Source: an uncultured Actinomycetes bacterium (lineage in GTDB: Bacteria > Actinomycetota > JAICYB01). Taken from it: DNA of 64,000 nucleotides. The stretch spans positions 193,556-257,555 of the forward strand of contig CAZFOB010000001.1 in the NCBI GenBank assembly GCA_964520325.1, written 5' to 3'. A program made the translations under genes and the position numbers. Shown one piece after another: positions 57,244-64,000 of the stretch. The notes under the pieces were generated by a model. It made no database searches. It was not told the DNA's origin and was given only the letters and a program-made list of their open reading frames with translations. Position 1 is the stretch's first letter, and each line of letters starts with the position of its first letter.

Positions 57244-57454
57244 AGATTCAGGGTACGCCACACCAGACTGCGCAACGAATCTTGCGGCACACATCCACGG
57301 GCGAGCCAGCAATCGGCTTTGCCGTCAGCCGCGACCTCAACGCGGGAGATTTCACTTGGATGCCTTCGTACGTGGACACACGCCAAGACGACAAGTTCGT
57401 CAGAGGAAGCGCGCGCCCAAGCCGACTTCGGCCGCCTCGTACCAGCCCGCCGCG

Positions 57455-57976
57455 TTAGGCGTCAAGACGACGCTCGAGGATCACTGCGATCTCGCCGGTA
57501 GTTGTCACGAACGTGTCGATAGCGACCCATCCGCACTTCTGATAGAACGCTTCCGCGGGCCCGCCTGGTGGACCGGTCGCAACCCACACTCGATGGAACC
57601 CACGCTGCTCCGCCCATCTCTCGAGTTCGCGGACAAGTCGTGAGCCGATACCCTGCCGGCGCCGCCCAGAATCCACGACCATTCCCACTAACCACGGAGA
57701 GCGATCCCGAAACTCGTCAGGATCGAACTCAAGGATGCCGACAGCGCCAATCGCTTGTCCGCGCGCATCCATCGCGACCCACGTCAACGGAATCTCGTCG
57801 CGCCCAGCCTCGCGGCGGGTGGCGTCGACCCAGAACTCCAACTCGACAGGCTCAGGTGGTTGGCCCCACTCAGCCCATCGGATCTGACCGACCTGCGAGA
57901 TGAGATGCGGGTGGTCAGCGAGCAATCCGATCGCAATATGCTCCGCGTCGATCTTGCACGCACTCGCATCGTTCAT
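57455..57976 (-). CDS. GNAT-family N-acetyltransferase
   Basis: 173 aa from MNDASACKID. VDSGRRRQGIGSRLV acetyl-CoA-binding motif. The track ORF extends N-terminally into non-coding sequence. Confidence 0.75.
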   Translation of the reverse strand: MNDASACKIDAEHIAIGLLADHPHLISQVGQIRWAEWGQPPEPVELEFWVDATRREAGRDEIPLTWVAMDARGQAIGAVGILEFDPDEFRDRSPWLVGMVVDSGRRRQGIGSRLVRELERWAEQRGFHRVWVATGPPGGPAEAFYQKCGWVAIDTFVTTTGEIAVILERRLDA

Positions 57977-58088
57977 AGCTGGTGCGCCTAACGACTTCTG
58001 TTGCTGAGGAACGACGGAGTCCGGCGCGAAGCGCCGGGCGTCGTCGTCTCCTCCTGCAACGAGTTGATAGGCAGTACGTCCGAAGCGT

Positions 58089-58740
58089 TCACGAGATACC
58101 TGCCATTGTGAGGATTGAGATCGCGTCTGTCTGCACCAGTTCCGCGGCAGACTGGCCAGATCGTGCGATCGCAAGATCTGCGATGTAGGTACCCGCGCGA
58201 TAGCCAATCCACAGTCGGCCGTCCGGGTGGAAGAACATCCACTGCGCATACGGTGCGGACGCCGGCAGACCGAGCAGTTCGTCGACCCATTCGCGGACGT
58301 CATCGGGATACACAGCCCACGGCGGCGTGACTCCTGACGCGTCGCGTTCGAACGCCGTGGCGAGTCCCTCACAGACCACTCCGTTCATGAACGAGTCAGA
58401 CGCAGGCGCGGCCAAGACCCAGCCGCGCACCAGGTGATGACACTCATGGAAGAGCATGTGACGGAGATGGGATCCGACGATGGCGGCGACGCCCTCCGAT
58501 CGGGCGGGTTCGACGATCCAATTGATGCGTCCTTCCTCAAGAGCCGAAGCGCCGCACCCGAACTGGGGGGATGATTTCCCAGCCGGCACGTGCTTCGACC
58601 CGGATTTCGACGTCGGATGCAAGCGCCGGAAGGTGTGCGCGGATCTCCGGCTCAGCTCTCTCTCCGATCTTCTGGATAAGGTCACGGTCCGAAGACGCGA
58701 GGACGTCATTTGTGCTGTCGTCGAACACGATTCTGAACAT
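58089..58740 (-). pseudogene. DUF2268-like putative zinc-dependent peptidase (HExxH: LFHECHHL), disrupted by a frameshift at a G6 homopolymer
   Basis: N-terminal part (MFRIVFDDSTNDVL...) is in ORF 58537-58740. The HExxH-containing body is in ORF 58089-58709 in another frame. The frames switch at the GGGGGG run near 58565-58570. Could equally be a sequencing error. Confidence 0.55.
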
Positions 58741-58847
58741 TGATATCTGCCTAACGACTTCGGACGCTGAGCGGCGCGGAGCCGCGCAGCGACTCGCGTC
58801 CGCTCCTACGCCGAGTTGTACGGCTTGGTAGGTGAAAGGTCACCGGC

Positions 58848-59588
58848 TCAACTCCCCTGCTGCGACGAGAGGGCGGCCGCACCAGGACCTTCGAGATCGC
58901 TCAGTGCAGAGCGTCTCCCGGCGAGCACCATGGCAATCGCTTCGATCGAACCCCGCGCGATGTCGCCTGATCCGGTCGACCAATCGATATCGGTTGCCTC
59001 AAGTCGGACACCCTTGGGTGCGCGTCCCCAACCAAATAGGCGTCGCGCAATCGTGAGCGCGCCATCCGCCGCCAGCAGAAAAGCTGAAGGGGGAACATCG
59101 TGAGGGACGCTCAGAGCGCGTCGAATATCTTGGCCGTGGATCAGCAGTTCGCCGAGCGGGACGGCTGGGGTCGGGTGAACGCGAACACCAATCTCGTATC
59201 TCGTCCGGTCCAAAGCAGCAACGAGATCTCCAGGAGGCATACGAGCAGCTCGGCGGCGCGCGGCCTTCGCCAAAGCGGTCTGAGGACGAAAGCCCCCACG
59301 GACGAGGTCGACGAGTAGTGGATATCCGCGGCGGTAGGCTTCGTCGCTCCTGACGAGGTGGGCTACAACGTCACGAACCTTCCACCCCTCGCAGAGAGAA
59401 GGGCGTTCCCACGCTTCCGTCGGTAAGTCAGCCAGGTCGCGGACGAGCCGCGCTCGCTCCTGCGGGATGATCTCGCGGAGCTCACTACGTTTCGAGATCA
59501 GGTACCTCCGTGTGAGTCTGTACAACTCCTGATTGACCTGACCGGCCCAACATTCATCGCCGCAGCCTAATCGCGGTGGCGATGCCAC
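58848..59588 (-). CDS. Maleylpyruvate-isomerase-family (mycothiol-dependent, DinB_2-like) protein
   Basis: 246 aa. N-terminal ...WERPSLCEGWKVRDVVAHL pattern of the TIGR03083 family. Confidence 0.7.
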   Translation of the reverse strand: MASPPRLGCGDECWAGQVNQELYRLTRRYLISKRSELREIIPQERARLVRDLADLPTEAWERPSLCEGWKVRDVVAHLVRSDEAYRRGYPLLVDLVRGGFRPQTALAKAARRRAARMPPGDLVAALDRTRYEIGVRVHPTPAVPLGELLIHGQDIRRALSVPHDVPPSAFLLAADGALTIARRLFGWGRAPKGVRLEATDIDWSTGSGDIARGSIEAIAMVLAGRRSALSDLEGPGAAALSSQQGS

Positions 59589-60008
59589 TCATCACACTCC
59601 GACCAGCTAGAACACGGACGCGTATCGCCTCCAGGAATATTCGCGGAACCACCGCTGCGGCTAGCAAACGAGCATGCCAACCCAGCGGCTCCCGGTAGCC
59701 GTCGTGCGGGTATGCCAGCCGGATCGAGAGTCCCGGTCGGAGGCTCGGACGAGTCCGCCAAGTGCGACGGTGTTCAATTCCAAAGTCCGGACGATCCCGG
59801 ATCTCACTCACGATGCTCTCTCAGACGAGGTATCGACACTCGCTGACGCGATCCGCGGCGGCGGCCCTGGGCCCGAACGGAGTGCCTCATGGCAGGCGCG
59901 CAACAGCGATCACGACAGAACAGCAACACGCGCGACGTTGCGCGCCGAATGGTGAAACGGAGGGCGGGCCCAGGGCCGCCGCCGTTCGACTTGGCTTCGA
60001 CATACCTT

Positions 60009-62216
60009 TCATCCCTTGAACAGCCAATCGAGATCTTGGCCGAACCGCCGCGCCACCTCGGTCCGCAACAGTCCGTGCTCTGGCCTGGTGAGCTTGGGAT
60101 CTGATGCCACCAACGCGAAGGCGGCCTCCCGTGCCTCGACGACGATCGGAAAGTCCTCGACGATCCGCGCGACCTTGAGGTCGGTCAGTCCGGCTTGGCG
60201 GTTGCCGAAGATCGTGCCCTCACCTCGGATGCGCAGATCCTCTTCAGCGAGCACGAAGCCGTCGTTGGAGTTCGCGATGGCTTCAAGCCGCTGCTTCGAC
60301 TCATCGCTCTTCGCATCCGAGAACAGGATGCAGATCCCCCCGTACGCCCCGCGCCCTATACGTCCGCGCAGCTGATGCAGCTGCGAGAGGCCGAACCGCT
60401 CTGCGTTCTCGATGAGCATGACGGTGGCATCGGGGATGTCGACGCCGACTTCGACGACGGTCGTCGCGATGAGGACGGAGATCTCGCCATGACGGAAACG
60501 CTCCATGACGCCGTCCTTCTCGGTGTTCTTCATCTGACCGTGGAGCAGTCCGACGCGCAGGTCGGGAAAGACCTCGGTGCGCAGACGTTCCGCCTCCGCG
60601 ACCGCCGCTTTGGCTTCGAGCGAATCGGATTCGTCGACGAGCGCGCAGACGACGAAGGCGCGGCGTCCCTTTCCGACCTCGTCGCGGACGATGTCGTACG
60701 CGCGCGCCCGAGCTGAAGCCTGGTTGCCGACGACCATCGTCTTCACCGGCTGACGTCCCGCGGGAAGCTCGTCGAGGATCGACACGTCGAGGTCGCCGTA
60801 GAGGGTGAGCGCGAGTGTGCGCGGGATCGGAGTGGCCGTCATGATCAGCACATCGGGGTCCTCGCCCTTCTCGCGCAGAAGCATGCGCTGCGACAGACCG
60901 AAACGGTGCTGCTCGTCGACGACGGCCAGGCCGAGACGCTTGAAGACGACATCCTCCGAGATGAGTGCGTGCGTCCCGCAGATGAGCGGGAGATCGCCGG
61001 CAGCCAGCCGCATGAGGATGTCGCGACGCCGCGCCTGCGGAACGGCATTGGTCAACAGCTCGACGTTCACACCGACCGGCTCGCACATCTCACGGATCTT
61101 CCTCGCGTGCTGTTCGGCGAGAACCTCCGTCGGCGCCATGATCGCAGCCTGTGTCCCAGACTGCGCTGCGACCATCGCCGCTTGCACCGCGACCAAGGTC
61201 TTGCCCGATCCGACATCTCCTTGGAGGAGCCGGTGCATCGGGCGCGGCTTGGCCATGTCGCGACCGATCTCGCGCATCGCACGCGACTGCGCATCGGTCG
61301 GCTTGAACGGAAGGGACGCGACGAAGCGCTTCGTCAGCTCTCCCTCAGCGTCGTGCGCGATCCCGCGCAGGTCCTCCTCCAGATGCCGCTTACGCAAGGC
61401 GAGGCCGATCTGCAGGACGAACAACTCCTCGAAGACCAACCGCCGGCGCGCGTCCGTGATCTGCGTGAGGGCTTCCGGGAAATGGACGAGCCTCGTCGCG
61501 ACGTCCTTGCCGAGCAGGTTGCGCTCGACGCGCACATCCGCTGGGATCGGATCGGGCATGCGGCCGAGCCGTTCGAATGCGGTGTGCAGCATGCGGCGCA
61601 GCTGCGTGGCCGAAACCCGCTCGGTGGCCGGATAGATCGGAACGATGCGTCCCGTATCAACAGATTCCGCGGACGTCTTGAGCAGGTCGTACGCCGGCGC
61701 GTCCATCTGGGGCTTGCCGCGGAAGGTCTTGACCTTGCCGGAGAACGCCGCCTCGGTACCCTCGGTCAACGTTCTTGCGCGCCAGTCCTGGTTCCACCAG
61801 GTGCAATCGATGTAACCGGTTCCGTCCGAGATCGTCACGATCGTGCGCGTGCGATTGCCCCGAGAGTGAGGGGGTGCGCCCCGACGGGACGGGATGCGAT
61901 CGACCTTCGTGTTCCGGACGGTCGCGATGACCGTGGCCTCCTGTCCGAGCTTCAGCTCTCCGATCGTGCGCATGTCGCGCCGGTCGATGTAGGTCCGGGG
62001 AAGATGGTCGATGAGGTCGCCGAAGGTCTTGAGGTGAAGCGACTCGAGTCGCTCCGCGGTCTTCTCACCGACGCCGGGGAGCGTCGAGACCGGTGTGTCG
62101 AGCGGCGCCCCGCCGTCGAAGCTCCGCGGCCCCGGTGGGATGTGCGGGCTCAGCCGGTGTGCGACTTCGTCGCGTTCGTTGCGATCCTTGAGCTTGTATG
62201 ACGTCAGAGCCGCCAT
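60009..62216 (-). CDS. recG: ATP-dependent DNA helicase RecG
   Basis: 735 aa from MAALTSYKL (the track ORF extends to 62498 through non-coding repeat DNA). Wedge domain, helicase motifs I (GDVGSGKT), II (DEQHRFG), and onward. Confidence 0.9.
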   Translation of the reverse strand: MAALTSYKLKDRNERDEVAHRLSPHIPPGPRSFDGGAPLDTPVSTLPGVGEKTAERLESLHLKTFGDLIDHLPRTYIDRRDMRTIGELKLGQEATVIATVRNTKVDRIPSRRGAPPHSRGNRTRTIVTISDGTGYIDCTWWNQDWRARTLTEGTEAAFSGKVKTFRGKPQMDAPAYDLLKTSAESVDTGRIVPIYPATERVSATQLRRMLHTAFERLGRMPDPIPADVRVERNLLGKDVATRLVHFPEALTQITDARRRLVFEELFVLQIGLALRKRHLEEDLRGIAHDAEGELTKRFVASLPFKPTDAQSRAMREIGRDMAKPRPMHRLLQGDVGSGKTLVAVQAAMVAAQSGTQAAIMAPTEVLAEQHARKIREMCEPVGVNVELLTNAVPQARRRDILMRLAAGDLPLICGTHALISEDVVFKRLGLAVVDEQHRFGLSQRMLLREKGEDPDVLIMTATPIPRTLALTLYGDLDVSILDELPAGRQPVKTMVVGNQASARARAYDIVRDEVGKGRRAFVVCALVDESDSLEAKAAVAEAERLRTEVFPDLRVGLLHGQMKNTEKDGVMERFRHGEISVLIATTVVEVGVDIPDATVMLIENAERFGLSQLHQLRGRIGRGAYGGICILFSDAKSDESKQRLEAIANSNDGFVLAEEDLRIRGEGTIFGNRQAGLTDLKVARIVEDFPIVVEAREAAFALVASDPKLTRPEHGLLRTEVARRFGQDLDWLFKG

Positions 62217-62394
62217 CGCCCATGCGCGCGTGCTGCCGAGCGCGCTCGCATCTCGGTGCAAGCGCCTGAGGATCGCTGCTGCGAACCCGCCGAGCAGGCC
62301 GCGATCCTGGGAGCCGAGGGCCCGCTCGCCGTCCACCGCCTCTCGCATCGCTCCAGCGTATTCATGCGCCGGACATACGCGACCGATGGTCCGC

Positions 62395-62433
62395 CCGTGT
62401 CTCTTGGCCGTGTCTCTTGGCCGTGTCTCTTGG
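62395..62433. repeat. 13-bp perfect tandem repeat x3 (CCGTGTCTCTTGG) in the recG / hypothetical-gene divergent intergenic region, ending 14 bp upstream of the ATG at 62448
   Basis: Direct reading of 62395-62433. Confidence 0.9.
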
Positions 62434-62447
62434 CTACCATCGTGGCC

Positions 62448-63281
62448 ATGGAGCCGAACGTCGCTCGCAAGACCTGGCGAACCCTCGAGGTCTACCACGG
62501 AGCCATCTACTTCGTACCCGAGGCTCGCGACGCATACGCCGCGATCGGGGTCACCGATCGGATGATGGGTTACTTCGGCTCACGGGCGGCACCGCTCGGC
62601 CGCGTGCCCGCAGAGGTCGTGATCTCGACGTTCTTCAACTTTCACCCCAAGCTGGTCAGCGACCGGATACCGGCGGTTTGGAACATCGTCACCCCCGACC
62701 AGATCCTCGGAGCGCGTTTCTCCGCTGCCGACGCCATGCTCCGGCGCATCCTCGGCACGGCCATCGACTCTCCGGAGATGGCGGAGGCCGCCCGGCTCGC
62801 GCGGAGTGCGGCCGAGCAGTGCACACCCGATGGACGCACGCTCTACGCCGGACACGCATCGCTGAACTGGCCCAGCCAGCCGCACCTGGCGCTGTGGCAC
62901 GCGATCACGCTTCTTCGCGAGTACCGCGGCGACGGACACATCGCCGCCATGACCGCCGAGGGCTTGGACGGGTGCGAGGCCCTCGTGACGCACGCCGCTT
63001 CGGGCGACGTTCCGGCGGCAACGCTGAAGACCTCCCGGCAATGGCCGGACGACGAATGGAACGCCGCGGTGGAACGTTTGCGGTCGCGTGGTTGGATCGT
63101 GAGCGAGTCCGAGTTCACACCGGAGGGCGCTGAGCACCGCGAGTGGATCGAGACCCGCACCGACGAGCTCGCCTTGCCCCCGTGGGAGGCCATCGGTGAG
63201 ATCGGATGCAGCAGGCTCCGCGAGCTGGTGCGTCCATACAGCCGGACGATCGTGGAATCCGGCGAGCTCGCGTTCCGGTAA
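62448..63281 (+). CDS. Conserved hypothetical protein
   Basis: 277 aa. MEPNVARKTWRTLEVYHGAIYFVPEARDAYAAIGV... High-GC3 codon usage consistent with coding; family not recognised. Confidence 0.55.
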   Translation: MEPNVARKTWRTLEVYHGAIYFVPEARDAYAAIGVTDRMMGYFGSRAAPLGRVPAEVVISTFFNFHPKLVSDRIPAVWNIVTPDQILGARFSAADAMLRRILGTAIDSPEMAEAARLARSAAEQCTPDGRTLYAGHASLNWPSQPHLALWHAITLLREYRGDGHIAAMTAEGLDGCEALVTHAASGDVPAATLKTSRQWPDDEWNAAVERLRSRGWIVSESEFTPEGAEHREWIETRTDELALPPWEAIGEIGCSRLRELVRPYSRTIVESGELAFR

Positions 63282-63379
63282 CCATCCACCGGGCCCCTGA
63301 ACCCAGGCCGCCGGGACCCTGAACCCAGGCCACACTGGAGTAAGCTGCACAGAAGCTCTCAACGAAGTTGGGGGACAGC

Positions 63380-64000
63380 GTGCGCAAGACGTCCACGCAA
63401 GGCGGACTCGAGCTCGGAACCGCACTGGCCGCCGTCGTCGGCATCCTCGCCTGCGGCGCCGGCATCCTTCACCTCCTCGCCTCCCGCGACCATCTCGAGC
63501 ACGCACCCATCGCAGCGTCGTTCGTCCTCCTCGGTCTGGCGCAGTTCGCGTGGGGCGCACTCGTGGCCTGGCGGAGATCTCCGCGGGTGCTGGCGCTCGG
63601 CGCGCTCGGCAGTCTCGCTGTTGTTGCGGTATGGGTTCTCTCGCGCACCATGGGCATACCGATCATGGACGCCATCTCGCAGGCCGAGCCCATCGGGATC
63701 GCCGATGCGACGGCGACCTTCTTCGAGCTCATGGCCGCCGCGGGGGCCGGGATGCTGCTCGTACTTCCCGCGGCAGCGCTCACGTCGCACCTCGCACGGG
63801 CGCGCGCACAGCGTTTCGTGGCGAGCAGCGGTGCGATCGCTCTGCTGCTGACGGTTCCGGCGTTCGTCGTCCCAAGCCATTCGCACGGAGAAGGCGGGGG
63901 CGAGGGTCTGAGTTCAACTCACGCTCACGGGGCCGGCGATCTGGCAACCGCTGCCGATGATCATCTACACGATGTGACCGCCGTCAACGACGTCGCACAT
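63380..64000 (+). CDS. Hypothetical integral membrane protein with His-rich C-terminal region (3' end beyond window)
   Basis: GTG start after GGGGGA. Translation VRKTSTQGGLELGTALAAVVGILACGAGILHLL... has 5-6 hydrophobic helices, then SHSHGEGGGEGLSSTHAHG...DDHLHD. Absent from the ORF track because it is edge-truncated. Confidence 0.4.
   Translation, partial: MRKTSTQGGLELGTALAAVVGILACGAGILHLLASRDHLEHAPIAASFVLLGLAQFAWGALVAWRRSPRVLALGALGSLAVVAVWVLSRTMGIPIMDAISQAEPIGIADATATFFELMAAAGAGMLLVLPAAALTSHLARARAQRFVASSGAIALLLTVPAFVVPSHSHGEGGGEGLSSTHAHGAGDLATAADDHLHDVTAVNDVAH

Noticed and set aside
60009-62498. 829-aa RecG including a 94-aa N-terminal extension
   Set aside because: The extension reads through the 13-bp tandem repeats and has no RecG similarity. 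The conserved N-terminus begins near MAALTSY (62216).
1-64000. CRISPR arrays, rRNA genes, IS transposases, integrases
   Set aside because: No repeat-spacer arrays, no rRNA-like conserved stretches, and no transposase or integrase-like ORFs were seen on either strand.

Overview
High-GC (about 68-70%) bacterial chromosomal window, gene content and SD usage consistent with an actinomycete-type organism. It is densely coding (about 70 CDS plus one tRNA-Val) with many translationally coupled overlaps (ATGA/GTGA). No rRNA, CRISPR array or transposase was found. It splits into three blocks. (i) 1-13.6 kb, downstream of a tRNA-Val, is an accessory-looking block. It has a four-gene operon for a eukaryote/cyanobacteria-type 6-pyruvoyl-tetrahydropterin synthase (PTPS) + methyltransferase + glycosyltransferase + SDR, which is a putative modified (glycosylated) pterin pathway. 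It also holds a membrane-anchored molybdopterin oxidoreductase, an LVIVD beta-propeller protein, a DUF2182/DUF1326 pair, a TetR regulator divergent from an MGT-family glycosyltransferase with operator-like palindromes, and an adenylate-cyclase/STAND/TPR protein. (ii) A housekeeping core follows: rarA, sppA, aspS, hisS, dtd, relA ... apt, secF, secD, yajC. The usually adjacent relA and apt are separated by about 17.6 kb. That insert encodes a GNAT, a metallophosphoesterase, two EamA exporters, a BBE-like FAD oxidase, an acyl-CoA synthetase with a decayed 3' duplicate, etfBA, a Liv-type ABC transporter, a 2-hydroxyacid dehydrogenase, a methyltransferase and a PanE-like reductase. (iii) Next come two tandem acyl-CoA dehydrogenases and an HNH/DUF222 endonuclease gene with lower GC3. 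Then the conserved mutM-rnc-acpP-plsX-rpmF-yceD-coaD-rsmD ... recG cluster, interrupted by a DUF433/DUF5615 toxin-antitoxin-like pair, a GNAT and a frameshifted DUF2268 gene. Two TA modules are present (Phd-VapC and DUF433-DUF5615), plus several short in-frame or promoter-proximal tandem duplications (9, 12, 13, 15 bp). All functional calls come from reading the translated ORFs against remembered family motifs; no database search was run.
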